Shown here: positions 27,225-40,761 of the stretch, one piece after another
Layout: each line of letters opens with the position of its first letter
Numbering within the stretch: the stretch's first letter is position 1
Assembly (NCBI GenBank): GCA_963702435.1
Contig: CAVPCR010000003.1
Coordinates: forward strand, 1 to 64,000
DNA from: Candidatus Eiseniibacteriota bacterium
GTDB taxonomy: Bacteria; Eisenbacteria; RBG-16-71-46; CAVPCR01
Reading direction: 5' to 3'
Length of the DNA stretch: 64,000 bases
Made by a program: the position numbers and the translations under genes
Notes under the pieces: generated by a model
The model's database searches: none
Seen by the model: the letters and a program-made list of their open reading frames with translations, nothing else
What the model was told of the DNA's origin: nothing

Positions 27225-28263
27225 ATGACACTCCACTCCGAAATCCTCGAGCAACCGCAGCGGCTGGCATCCCTGCTCAAAAATCAAAAACAGACCGTGA
27301 TCGAAATCGCGCGCACCATCCAAAAACAAAATGTGCAATATGTTTTCCTCGCGGCACGCGGCACATCGGACAACGCAGGCCGCTATGCAAATTATCTCTG
27401 GGGCGCGTACAACCAGATGCCCATCGCGCTTGCCACTCCCTCGCTTTTTACGTACTACCAATCACCCCCGCGACTGCAAAACGCGCTGGTGATCGGCGTT
27501 TCGCAATCGGGACAGTCGCCCGACATCGTAAGCGTCATCGAAGAGGGACGCAGGCAAAACTGTCTCACGCTCGCCATCACCAACAATCCCGATTCCCCTC
27601 TCGCCAAATCCGCGGACCTCGTGCTGGACATCCAGGCGGGAGCAGAAGAGGCCGTCGCCGCCACCAAGACCTACACCACCGAACTCATGGCCCTTGCCAT
27701 GCTCTCTGCCGCGTTGCAGGGTTCCGACTCCCGTTGGGACGAACTGGCTGCCGTCCCGGCCTGGGCGGAACAGGCGCTCACACACGATGCAGATATTGCC
27801 CGCATGGCTCAGCGCTATCGTTACATGCAGCAATGCGTTGTCCTTGGGCGCGGCTTCAATTACGCCACCGCCTTTGAATGGGCGCTCAAACTCAAAGAGT
27901 TAACGTACATCATCGCCGAGCCGTATTCGTCCGCCGATTTTCAGCACGGACCGATCGCCATGATCGAAGGCGGCTTTCCTGTGATGGCAATTGCGCCGAC
28001 CGGCAAAGTGCACGACACAATGAAAGACATGCTCACGCGTCTTCGTAACCAGCAGGACGCCGAACTGGTCGTCATCTCAGACGATGCAGACGTGCTCGCG
28101 CTGGCCCAATCCCCAATCCAACTCCCGCCCTCAGATTCCCGAATGGCTAACTCCGTTGGTCGGCATCCTCCCCGCCCAATTATTTGCCTGCCACCTCACC
28201 ACTGTCAAAGGCTTCAACACCGACAAACCGCGCACCATCAAAAAAATCACCGAGACGCATTGA
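27225..28263 (+). CDS. SIS-domain sugar-phosphate isomerase/deaminase (GlmS isomerase-like, no glutaminase domain)
   Basis: EILEQP, ARGTSDNA, SQSGQSPD, AVAATKTY, ALKLKE, FQHGP. Confidence 0.9.
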
Positions 28264-28327
28264 CGCGTCCCTGTGCGCAAATCGGGTACAATTCCCCCAC
28301 TTCCCACTCCAATTTATAAGGCAGAGA

Positions 28328-29300
28328 ATGAACGCAATTGAAGTATCGCATCTACGCCGCGTCTTCAAGACCCATGTCGGCGTCATCAAGCGCACAGCCA
28401 AAGAGATCGTCGCAGTGGACGATGTCTCGTTTGGGATTCAGGAAGGCGAACTTTTCGGACTGCTCGGCCCGAACGGCGCGGGCAAGACGACTGCCACCAA
28501 GATGCTCACCACGCTTCTCATCCCGACGGGTGGGTTTGCCACCGTTAAAGGATTCGATGTGGTCAAACAGGCGGAGGAAGTCCGCAAGTGCATCGGATTC
28601 ATCTTCGGCGGCGAGCGCGGACTCTACTGGCGGCTTTCGGGCATCGACAACCTGCGTTACTTCGCCAGCCTGTACGGGATCGATCCCGATGTCTCGAAGA
28701 AGCGCATCGCTTATCTGCTTGAACTTGTCGGCTTGAACGGACGCGGCGAGGAAAACGTGGGCGGGTATTCCCGCGGAATGAAGCAACGCCTGCACGTGGC
28801 GCGCACGCTCCTGCACGACCCAGATATCCTCTTCCTCGATGAGCCCACGCTCGGACTCGACCCCGTCGGTGCGCGTGAGTTTCGTCAGGTGATCCTCGAC
28901 CTGCAATCCGAGAAAAAGACCATCCTGCTCACCACCCATTACATGTTCGAAGCGGACGCGCTGTGCGACCGCATCGCGGTCATCAACCACGGACGCATCA
29001 TCGCCCTCGATACGCCCGGCGGACTCAAATCACACGTCAAAGATTTGAACGTGGTGGAAGTGGAGACCTTCGGTGTACCCGCAAACATCCTCGAAAAACT
29101 GCGCGCACTGACACTTCGTCGACGCGCTGTCGGTGGAGGAGCAAGAGCAGAAGCAGATACTCCTCATCCAAACGGCGCGCGGGGCGGAGGCTGTGCCCGA
29201 CATAATGGGAGCCATCGAAGGTCAACGCGTGGGGCGGGTGGTTGTCCGCGAGCCAACGCTTGAAGACGCGTACGTCCGCCTGGTAGGAGGCGACGCGTGA
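28328..29300 (+). CDS. ABC-2 exporter ATP-binding protein
   Basis: GPNGAGKTT, YSRGMKQR, LFLDEPT, TTHY. Confidence 0.93.
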
Positions 29301-30094
29301 ATCCGAAAATCCTGTTGCGCTATTGGCGCACCATCCTGATCGTCGCGGAGATGACCATCCGCCAGCAGATGACGGATATGTTCATCCTGTTCGCGGTTTT
29401 GTTCCAGCCCATCATCATTGCGGTGCTGGCGCTGTGGATGCTGATTGACAAAGGCTCGGACTACGCGATGTTCGTAGTGGTTGGCAGTGGGCTGACGGGT
29501 TTGTGGTCGAGCCTGCTGTTCGTTTCGGGCAACAGCATCAACGCCGAGCGCTGGTCAGGCACGCTCGAAATCGCTGGTGGCCCTGCCCACGCCGTTCGAG
29601 GTGATCATCTTCGGAAAAAATCTTGCCAACGTGGTGCAGTCGCTCATCTCGATGTTTGTCGGTTACTTCATCGCCTCGCTGTTGTTCGGCTATTCGCTTT
29701 CTGTGCAACAGCCCCTTCTTTTTATCGTCTCTCTTTTTCTGACCATCATCGCCTTCATCTGCTTCGGCCTCGTTATCGCGCCGATCTTTGTGATGAATCC
29801 CGGTGTGCGTCACTGGCAGAACGCGATGGAGTTTCCCGTCTATGTCTTAAGTGGATTCCTCTTCCCGATCGCGCTCCTGCCCGGTTGGACAACTCCTGTC
29901 TCGTACATTCTTCCCCCCTACTGGGCGGCTGTCGCTCTGCACGGGACCTCGACGGCGGGCGCGCCTTTCGAGAAACTCTCTTCGCCTGGGGCATGATGTT
30001 GCTCTTCTCGATCATTGACCTGCTCATCGCCTCGCGGCTGTTCAAACTCATGCTCTACAAAGCCCGCGCCGACGCAACGTTGGGAATGGAATGA
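29297..30094 (+). CDS. ABC-2 permease (indels)
   Basis: Multi-TM, ERWSGTLE, SGFLFPIALLPGW. Confidence 0.88.
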   Translation: MNPKILLRYWRTILIVAEMTIRQQMTDMFILFAVLFQPIIIAVLALWMLIDKGSDYAMFVVVGSGLTGLWSSLLFVSGNSINAERWSGTLEIAGGPAHAVRGDHLRKKSCQRGAVAHLDVCRLLHRLAVVRLFAFCATAPSFYRLSFSDHHRLHLLRPRYRADLCDESRCASLAERDGVSRLCLKWIPLPDRAPARLDNSCLVHSSPLLGGCRSARDLDGGRAFRETLFAWGMMLLFSIIDLLIASRLFKLMLYKARADATLGME

Positions 30095-30893
30095 AAACTT
30101 TTACCAGTAACATCCGTCTCTTCTGGCAGGGCGCATTGCTCTCGTACGTGGCCCTGTTTCACTGGTTCCGCCCTGCAACCTATGCGGCTTCGAAAATTTT
30201 CATGCCGCTGGCGCAGATGTTCTTCTTTGTTTATCTCGGTACATTTGCCACCAGCCCTGAAAACGCTGCGTTTTACATTATTGGTAACGCCATCCAGATT
30301 ACCGCGGTCAGCGGCATCTTTGGCGTGACGATGAGCGTGGGCGGCGAGCGCGAGTCGGGGACTTTGCCCTATCTCTTCGGAACGCCTGCCAATCGCATCG
30401 TCACATTCTTTGGCCGCGCCTTCATGCATGTCATTGACGGGGTGCTGGGCGTGGTCGTCGCCTTTGTGTGGGGTGTGCTTCTGTTCCATTTGGACCTGTC
30501 TCATACCAGCCTGCCAGCGCTGGGACTGGTCATCTTCATCACCACCCTCAGCACATGCGGACTGGGACTGTTGCTGGGGTGTTTGAGCCTTATCACGGTC
30601 AATGTGATGTTCATCAATAACTTTGTTTATTTCGCGCTGCTGATCTTTTCCGGTGCAAACGTTCCCATTGAAAAATTTCCTCAGTTCATGCAAGCCATCT
30701 CCTGGGCTTTGCCCCTGACGCGCGGTATCGCCGCCGGCGCGCCTGCTGGTGAACGGCGCGGCTCTGGGCGAAGTCTCGTCCCTGCTGTGGGGCGAATTGG
30801 GGATTGGTCTGCTCTACGGCCTTTTGGGATACTTTCTGTTCGCCTGGTTTGAAGTGCAGGCCAAGCGGAGGGGAACGCTGGAGGTTATTTTAA
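30091..30893 (+). CDS. ABC-2 permease, full-length copy
   Basis: ERESGTLPYLFGTP, FSGANVPIEKFP, LPLTRGI. Confidence 0.88.
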
Positions 30894-31344
30894 TTTCCAC
30901 AGCCACTGCCCTAGCTCATCCCAAATATTGCTCTCGCTAAGAGTTTTGAAGAAACAATTTCCGCAAAGATGCTTGATTTTCTCTCGTAAAATTGCCATTT
31001 CGAACGGAAATTAATTACTCAAACATCAGTAAGTAGTCGCGAACAAATTCCATAGAATTAACGGCGCGAGTAGCTTTTGGGAAGGGGTTATCACCAGCAA
31101 AGTCGCTTTTTTCAGGAAGAGCCAAGACAAATCAGATCGTATGGGTGCTACCATATTCAACGTATTCCTAAAACCAACGTCAGTATGATGGGGAGATCCT
31201 CCAGTTGACGATCCGTCTGTAGTTGTATAGTTTACAGTTATTGTAGTAGTTGGCGTCTTCGACTGACATATTCAAAATGGTACGTGCTGGAACCTTTAGT
31301 TTTCTCAAAGGTTCTGAAATCCGAGTTTATATGAACGGAAGGTT

Positions 31345-34300
31345 TCAATAATCAAGAAATTTATGTCCGATAGAGTTTGCACCGGCAGCCAGCGTGACTG
31401 GTGATCTCATTGTCATTGGCACCGAAAGAATCAGCAGTTGAAACATAACCACCCGGATCGGTTTCGCGGATGTAGTATGTGCCTGGAGACAGGTTACTGA
31501 ATGTGAAATATCCGCCGGAATTCGTTATGGTCGTTCCAACAAGGTGTTCGTACTATTATACAACCTTACGGTCACACCTGAAATACCGGCATCCGGATCG
31601 GTCAGGCTGCCATCACCATCCAGGTCGTCACGGACCTGACCGCTGATGACCAAATCAGTTGTAAATAGCACATCCACATCCGCGCCGGTCGGTTTTACAT
31701 CGCAGGCGTTCTTGATATTGTTCTTGATTCGCAATCGGAATTGTGAGCCCGGCTTCCATTGCGGGTCAGATGTATCGATTGTCAAAGTGGCAGTGTAAGT
31801 ATTCGGGTTGTAACTCACACCCAGGATGGGCACATTCCCGCCCAGGGTGAGATTGTCAATGTCATTGTTGAAGTTGCCAACATCCAGCACACTGCCGCCG
31901 CCGTAGGTGATCATCGGCTGGTTGAAGGTAACCATCAATGTGGTAGTGCTGAGCGAGATGCCGGTCGCACCGTTGGCGGGAACGGTGCTCGTCACAAAGT
32001 TCGCGCCGACCGATACAAGCTGGCGACTATCAACGAAGAAATGACCAGTTGAGTTACTTCCCGTAGTCAGGGTAAAAGTCACGATATTATCGTTTCCGCC
32101 GGACGAATCGGAAATGGATGAGTAACCGGGCAGATCAGTTTCCGTCAGGGAGTAGCTGCCGGGGGCAAGACCGGTAAACAGGAAGTTGCCGTTGATGTCG
32201 GTGGTTGTAGTCCCGCAGGAGGCCCCGCAGCTTCCGCCGCTCAGCGCCACCGCGACACCGTAGATACCCTGGCTGTCCAAGTTATTGCGCACCTGTCCGG
32301 TGATGTAGGCTTCAGTGGTGAACAGAATATCCACGTCAGACCCGAGTTTTGTGCCGCAGGGATTTTCCAGACCGCTTTTTATGCGCCAGCGGAATTGCGA
32401 ACCCGCCTTCCACTGTGGGTCAGAAGTGTCGATTATCAACGTTGTGGTACGAGTGTTCGGATCGTAACTGATGTTCAGGATGGGCACATCGCCACCCAAG
32501 GATGAGGTTATCAATATTGTTGTCAAAATTACCGATGTTAAACACACTGCCGCCACCATATGTGATCATGGGCTGGTTGAATGTGACTGTAAGTGTGTTG
32601 GCGCTGAGGGAAACGCCGGTTGCGCCATTGGCTGGTGTCGGTGCTCGAAACTCCCGGTGCCACACATACGGCGGGCGTATCGGTGAAGAAGTGACCTGAC
32701 GAGTTACTTCCTGCTGTCAGGGTCAAGTCCACCTGATTGTTATTGTTCGTACCCGTGCCGTCCGAATCGTTGACGGAGGTGTAACCGGGCAGATCGGTCT
32801 CTGTCAGCCGGTAATTGCCCGGGGCAAAACCGATAAACCTAAAGTTGCCGTTTGAATCGGTGGTTGTCGTCCCGCAAGAGCCGCCACAGCTTCCGCCAGT
32901 CAAAGTCACTGTGACGCCGTAGACACCTTCATTATCGAGGTTATTCCGCACCTGACCCGAGATCGCCAATTCAGTTGTAAAAGTGCGAACCACATCCGAT
33001 TGCGCGTCACCGCATGAGTTTTTCAAGTTCTTGATCGTCAAGTTGTATAGAGTGCCAGCCTGCCAATTCGGGTCACTGGTATCAATCGTCAGGGTCGCAG
33101 TATAGGTGACAGGGTTATAGGTTACGCCTGTGATCACGACTTTCTGTCCATTGGATTGATTCTTCAATTCGTATTTGTCAGCCTTCAACACGCTTTCGGC
33201 ACCCGTTGTGATCATGGGCTGGTTGAAGGTGACTGTGATGACAGACGTGTTCATCGGGACATTTGCCGTGCCATTTGCAGGATTGGTGCTGACCACAAAG
33301 CCGTTGGACGGATCAGGCGCTGAACAAACCGCAGGGTTGGCGGTATCCAGGAAGATATTGTTCGTGGAACTGACACCACCCAGAACGATCACATCAATCA
33401 GGTTATCGTTGGGCAGGTCGGAATCTGCCGTGGAAAGGTAATTCGCCAGATCGGTTTCCACGAGCAGGTAACTGCCATCCGCCACGCTGTTGAAAGTGAA
33501 CACGCCATTACCGTCTGTGAATGTGGAAGGACAATTCAAGCCCAGGGTGCAGGCTCCATTATCCAACTCAATCTTGACATTCGCCAAGCCTGCATCGCTA
33601 TCCCCAAGGTCGCCGTCTGCATTTAAGTCGTCGCGGACCTGACCGGAAACAACCGAAGAGACGACCGGCTGAACAACAGTGACAAGTGTATCGCTGTCAG
33701 TATACGGCAGGCTGGCATGTTCGGCAGAGACTGTCGCCGTATTCGATACCTGTCCAGCGTTGGCTTCGGCTAATGTGATCGTATGGGCGGCATCTGCCGT
33801 GCAAATGACGGAATCAGCTGGGGCAAGCGTGGTTGGCAGGCAGGTAATCGGGATGGCAAAAGTGTCATCTGTCACAGCGATATTGATAAGTGTTACGTTG
33901 CCGGTATTTGTGACTTCAAACTGATACCAGAGATCATCACCGCGTGTGATAGTCCAACTCACGTCATTGTCAGTATAAGAAGCCAATGACTTTACCACCT
34001 GAATGGACGGGTTCTGTGTGATCGGGATGCTCAGGCTATCAGTTGCATCGGGGGCTTCGTTCGAGCTGGCAGTCACGTTGTTGACAAGGTTCCCGCCCAA
34101 ATCCATCTCGGCTTGGGTGACAGTGTGCTGGGCGGTGCAGGTTGTTGTGGCCGCAGGCGCCAGGGTTGTCGCGCCGCAAACCGGCGCGGCGTCCGTGTTG
34201 TCGTCACTGAGCGAGATGCCTGTCAGAGTTACATTGCCGGTATTGGTCAACAGGTAGTTGTACGGGACGATCTGTCCAACAATTGTCACGTCCGTTGTGG

Positions 34301-37300
34301 TCGAGGTCTTGTCCACTGTCATGGACGGGCTTTGCGTGATCGGGATGCTCAGATTATCCGTTGCATCCGACGCTTCGTTCGAGCTGGCGGTCACGTTGTT
34401 GACAAGGTTGCCACCCGCATCCATCTCCGCTTGGGTAAATGTGTGCTGGGCAGTGCAGGTTGTTGTGGCCGCCGGTGCCAAGGTAGTTGCGCCGCAAACT
34501 GGGGCAACATCCGTGTTGTCGTCACTGAGACGAGATGCCGTCAGGGTAACGTTGCCGGTGTTGGTCAACAGGTAGCTGTACGGGACGATCTGCCCGGCTG
34601 CCGTCACATCCGTTGTGGTCGAGGACTTGGCCACCGTCAGCGACGGACTCTGCGTGATCGGGATGCTCAGGCTATCCGGCGCATCGGAGGCTTCGTTCGA
34701 GCTGGCGGTCACGTTGTTGACCAGGTTACCACCCGCATCCATCTCCGCTTGAGTAAATGTGTGCTGGGCAGTACAGGTTGTTGTGCCCGCCGGTGCCAGT
34801 GTGGTCGCGCCGCAAACCGGGGCGGCATCCGTGTTGTCGTCACTGAGCGAGATGCCTGTCAGGGTAACGTTGCCGGTGTTGGTCAACAGGTAGCTGTACG
34901 GGACGATCTGTCCAGCCGCTGTCACATCCGAGGTGGTCGAAGACTTGGCAACCGTCATTGACGGGCTCTGCGTGATCGGGATGCTCAGGCTATCCAGCGC
35001 ATCGGAGGCTTCGTTCGAGCTGGCAGTCACGTTGTTGACCAGGTTGCCGCCTGCGTCCATCTCCGCTTGAGTAAATGTGTGCTGGGCAGTACAGGTTGTT
35101 GTGCCCGCTGGAGCCAGCGTGGTTGTGCCACAAACTGGGGCAGCATCCGTGTTATCGTCACTGAGCGAGATGCCGGTCAGGGTGACATTGCCGGTGTTGG
35201 TCAGCAGGTAGCTGTAGGGAACAACCTGCCCTGCCGCTGTCACATCCGCGGTGGTCGAAGACTTCGCCACTGTCATGGTTTTGGTTTGTGTGATCGGAAT
35301 GCTCAGGCTGTCTATCGCATTCGGCGCTTCGGCAGAACTGGCGGTGACGTGATTGACCAGGTTCCCGCCCGCATCCATCTCCGCCTGGGTGACGGTATGC
35401 TCTGCGGTGCAGGTGGTCGTACCTGCCGGTGCCAGCGTAGTCACACCGCAGACCGGGGCAGCATCGGTGTTGTCATCGACCAGACTGATACCACTCAGGG
35501 TGATGTTGCCGGTATTCGTTAGCAGGTAGCTGTAAGGAACGATCTGTCCGGCGGATGTGATCGATGTAGTTGTCGAAGACTTCGCCACTGTCATGGTTTT
35601 GGTTTGTGTGATCGGAATGCTCAGGCTGTCTATCGCGTTCGGCGCTTCGGCAGAACTGGCGGTGACGTGATTGACCAGGTTCCCGCCCGCATCCATCTCC
35701 GCCTGGGTGACGGTATGCTCTGCGGTACAGGTGGTCGTACCTGCCGGTGCCAGCGTAGTCACACCGCAGACTGGGGCGGTATCAGTGTTGTCATCAACGA
35801 GTGAGATGCCGGTCAGGGTGACATTGCCGGTGTTGGTCAGCAGGTAGCTGTAGGGAACAATCTGCCCTGCCGCTGTCACATCCGCGGTGGTCGAAGACTT
35901 CGCCACTGTCATGGTTTTGGACTTTGTGTGATCGGAATGCTCAGGCTGTCTAGTCGCATTCGGCGCTTCGGCAGAACTGGCGGTGACGTTATTAACCAGG
36001 TTCCCGCCCGCATCCAACTCAGTCTGTGTGACGGTATGCTGGGCGGTGCAGGTGGTCGTACCCGCCGGTGCCAGCGTGGTCACACCGCAGACTGGGGCAG
36101 CGTCCGTGTTGTCGTCAATGAGCGAGATACCTGTCAGGGTCATATTGCCGGTGTTGGTCAGCAGGTAGCTGTACGGCACGATCTGCCCGGCGACTGTGAC
36201 AGAAGTGGTGGTTGATGACTTCGCCACCGTCATGGATGGGCTCTGCGCGAACGGAATGCTCAGGTTGTCCAGCGCATCCGATGTTTCGTTCGAACTGGCG
36301 GTCACGTTATTAACCAGGTTCCCGCCCGTGTCCATCTCCGTTTGTGTAACGGTGTGCTGGGCGGTGCAGGTGGTTGTGCCCGCCGGTGCCAGTGTGGTTG
36401 CAGCCGCAAACTGGGGCGGCATCCGTGTTATCGTCACTGAGCGAGATGCCTGTCAGGGTAACATTGCCGGTGTTGGTCAACAGGTAGCTGTACGGGACGA
36501 TCTGTCCAGCCGCTGTCACATCCGTGGTGGTCGAAGACTTGGCAACCGTCATTGACGGGCTCTGCGTGATCGGGATGCTCAGGCTATCCAGCGCATCGGA
36601 GGCTTCGTTCGAGCTGGCGGTCACGTTGTTGACCAGGTTACCACCCGCATCCATCTCCGCTTGAGTAAATGTGTGCTGGGCAGTACAGGTTGTTGTGCCC
36701 GCCGGTGCCAGTGTGGTTGCGCCGCAAACTGGGGCACCATCCGTGTTGTCGTCACTGAGCGAGATGCCTGTCAAAGTTACATTGCCGGTATTGGTCAACA
36801 GGTAGTTGTACGGGACGATTTGCCCAACAATTGTCACGTCCGTTGTGGTCGAGGTCTTGTCCACTGTCATGGACGGGCTTTGCGTGATCGGGATGCTCAG
36901 ATTATCCGTTGCATCCGACGCTTCGTTCGAGCTGGCGGTCACGTTGTTGACCAGGTTGCCGCCCGCGTCCATCTCCGCCTGTGTAACCGTGTGCTGGGCG
37001 GTGCAGGTTGTCGTCCCTGCTGGGCACAAGCGTGGTCGCGCCGCAAACCGGAGCGGCATCCGTGTTGTCGTCACTGAGCGAGATGCCTGTCAAGGTTACA
37101 TTGCCGGTGTTAGTCAGCAGATAACTGTACGGGACGATCTGTCCAGCCGCTGTCACGACCGAAGGCTGGTCGAAGACTTGGCAACCGTCATTAACGGGCT
37201 CTGCGTGAACGGGATGCTCAGGCTATCCAGCGCATCGGAGGCTTCGTTAGAGCTGGCGGTCACGTTGTTGACAAGGTTACCACCCACATCCATCTCCGCT

Positions 37301-40300
37301 TGAGTAAAAGTGTGCTGGGCGGTGCAGGTCGTCGTCCCTGCTGGCGCAAGCGTGGTCGCAGCCGCAAACCGGAGCGGCATCCGTGTTGTCGTCAACCAGA
37401 CTAATGCCTGTTAGGGTCACGTTACCGGTATTGGTCAACAGGTAGCTATACGGGACGATCTGCCCAACAACTGTCACATCCGTTGTGGTCGATGTCTTGT
37501 CCACTGTCAGCGAGGGAAGTTGATCGACAGGAACAGTTATACTGGCGGTTTGAGGCGTAGGCAGGAAGGTCGTCGTGGCAGAAGCGGTATTGTCGATGGT
37601 TCCATCCCCGCCGCCGTTCAATTCGAGGTCGTTTTGCGTGACGGTATAGGTTCCTGTATAGGTCCATGTTTCGCCGACAGACAGGATATTGTCACCCGCT
37701 CCCGATTCAACTGGACCGCTCAAAGCGCCCAGCATTGGGTCTGAGACATTCACACCGATCAGGCTGACGTTGCCGGTATTGTTGAGGGTGATCTGATAGG
37801 TGATCACATCCCCCGCCTGGTCCGCATGACCGCTGGGTCCATCGCCACCTACGTCTGTAACTATTTTGGATATGCTGTAGGCGGAAAGTTGAACAGCATT
37901 GACTGTGAAGGTATCTGTATTCGAGTAACTGGATTTCCCGCATAACTGGTGGTGGCGCTGGCAATGTTCGTGACACTTCCAAAGTCAAGGTCATATTGCG
38001 TTGTGACGTATACCCCGGAACAATTCGTTGACGCTCCAGGTGCCAGCAGACCAGTTCCACACGGGCTGATGGTACCGACCTTATCATCGGTGACAGTAAA
38101 CGGACCGTTCAAGGTCACATTGCCGCTATTTTGCAGTGTGTACGTGTAATTAATTGTTTGTCCAACAGAGGAATATGTTGCAGGAGCGCCGCTCTTGGTA
38201 AGCAGAAGCGCCGGGGTTTAACTCGCACTGACTGTGAGGATCGCCGGAGCAGATGTGAGGCTGTTTCCTGAAACGGTGGCAGTGTTGGTAATGCTGCCCG
38301 TATCAAGGTCTGTCTTGATTCACAGTATGCCCAGACGTGCAGGTTGTGGTCGCATTGGGAGCCAGGGGACCCGTTGCACAGTTCGTCAGTGTTCCCTGTT
38401 TGTCATCTGTCACAGTGAACGGACCGGCAAGGCTGACGTTCCCAGTATTCCGGATGGTGTAGGTATAAGTAATAACCTGTCCCAAGGTGTTGTAGGATGC
38501 CAGATCGGCACTCTTGGTGAGGAAAATTGCAGGATTTTGGGTAATGAATGTGGTGATCGTATCGCTATCCGTGAATGGCGTGACATTCAAATAACCAGCG
38601 GCTGTTGCGGTATTGGTGACCTGTCCAGCATCCGCTTCGGCCAGGGTAATGACATGCGGCGCATCGGCAGAACAGACCATTGCCGCTCCAGGCGCCAAAC
38701 TCGACCCTGGACAGGTGACCGGGATCCCAAACAAGTCATCGGTCACGCCGATGGAGGTCAATGTGACATTGCCGGTATTGCTGACATTAAACTTGTAAAG
38801 GAGCCCGTCCCCCAACGTGAGGGTGTTGGATAAGTCGCTGTCTACAAAGGAGGAAGCGAATTTGATGATCTGGATACCTGGAGTTTGAACCGCCGAAACC
38901 GTGATCGAATCGGTGTTAGACGTGACAGTACTACCGCCGGGTGTCAGTCCCGGTTGCGAAGGCGGAATTCGTTATCAAGCCGGTGTCCAGATCGCCCTGC
39001 GTCACGGTATGGGAGGCAAAGCAGGTGATGAAGGCGCCGGGGTTGATGTTCCCAGCCGGACAGGATTCGTCGGTGGTCTGGTCATCGTTCACGCTGATCG
39101 GACCAAAGATGGTGACGTGCCCGGTATTGGTGACGAAGAACGAATAATTGACAACCTGCCCGACAGCGCCGTACGTGACGGGTAGTGCGCTCTTACTAAT
39201 CGTGAGTGCCGCTTCCTGGCTGATGGCTGTGTCAACCGCGTCCGAAGCCGAAACCACCGGACCCGAAGGAGGCTGTGCCCTTACCGAGGCAGAGTTATGC
39301 ACATTCCCGGCATTCGCCTCTGCCAGCGTTACGATATGGACAGCGCTGGCAGTACAGGTGGTGGACGCTCCCGGGCCAAGCGAGGTTGCGGAACACGTTA
39401 CTGGAATCGCAAAGGTGTCATCGGTCACGGTGATCGAGTTGAGCGGAACCGAACCGATATTGGTCACATCGGATCAATACAGGAGTCCATCCCCCAATGT
39501 GATGGAACTCGAGCCATCGTTATCTGCATAACTGGCCAGGCTCTTCACCATCTGGATGCCCAGCGGCGTGACCAAAGTGTTGCTGGCTGTGACCGTCAAA
39601 CTGCCGACCTTCCCCGATACGGTGGCTGTATTTGACAATTCCCCGGCGCTGATCTCGGCGGCTGTCAGGATATGGGCTGTAATCGTATTACAAACGGTCG
39701 TGCCGCCGGGCGCCAGCGTTGTCACCGGGCAGGAAACTGGGATGCTGAAAGTATCATCCTGGACACTGATGTTGCTCAGACCAACATCACCCGTATTCGT
39801 CAGATCGAACTGATACCAAAGCCCATCTCCCTGGGTAAGCGTTCCAGACGAGTCGTTGTCATCCTGCCTGCTGACACTTTTGACGATGGTTAGGGATGGG
39901 TTTTGCTGAACGGATGTGGTCAGCGTATCATAATCCACATAACGAACTCCGCCGAAATCCCCGGTCGCCGAAGCCTGGTTGACCACCTGCCCTCCATTGG
40001 CTTCGACCAGGGTGACCCGGTGATACATACTTGCGTTACATTTCATGAATGTTCCGGGAGCAAGTCAGGAACTAGGACAGGTTACCGGAATGTTATATGT
40101 GATTTCGCGGACGGTTACAAAACTGAGTGTTGTATTCCCGATGTTTGTGACTTCGAATTGAAACCAAAGATTATCGCCCAGTGTGATTGTTCCAGATCGA
40201 TCGTTATCATCGAAGAATGCCAGGCTCTTGATCAACCGGATTGCTGATTTTGGCAGTTCGGGGGTGTTAGTGTAAGTCGGTTGTGAATCCGTGGTTGGGG

Positions 40301-40758
40301 TTGGTAGCTGGGTCAATGTATGACTAATCGAAATAGTCGGGCTTGATGGTGGTGTTGCGGATGGGGTAGAAGATGGCTGTAGTTGTAGGGGTTGGCGAGT
40401 TGATGGTGTATAAGGTTTAAGTAGCGGGTCGAATCGGTGAACCGATTACTGCCGTTATTGTTGCTATCCGGCTTTGGCACTCTTCAGGGAAATTTCACCA
40501 TCACACACAATGTCATTTGAGGATATTTAGATTAATCAAGGGAAAATAGAGCCCATATCTATCCCGACTGTAATCAGCCTCCCGCTTAGAGTGTAATGAA
40601 ATCGGCAAATAGTCAATTTGCGGCTTAATCAAACCGGGAAAAACGACCATGATCGTAAGAATGAAGACTAATAGAAGAAACAGCAACCGGATAATATCGC
40701 GGGTAACAGGTTTCTTATTAACCGATTGTACATTCGATGTCGCATCAACAGCATTCAT
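31345..40758 (-). CDS. Giant membrane-anchored repetitive surface protein (~3,100 aa; indels): N-terminal TM, Pro/Thr linker, ~20 DUF7507/DUF11-like Ig repeats, alternating SdrD-B-like and Big_5-like domains
   Basis: Repeats of [11 protein letters not shown]...D.....C.....LAP.....C; ISGQVR.D/N SdrD-B-like units; ST.P.NG...V.....[10 protein letters not shown] Big_5-like units; stop after GHKFLDY at 31345. Confidence 0.85.
34010..37510 (-). repeat. 11 near-identical ~318-bp (106 aa) tandem coding repeats
   Basis: [16 protein letters not shown] unit starts near 37500, 37180, 36862, 36541, 36222, 35903, 35583, 35265, 34947, 34629 and 34311. Confidence 0.92.
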
Positions 40759-40761
40759 CGT

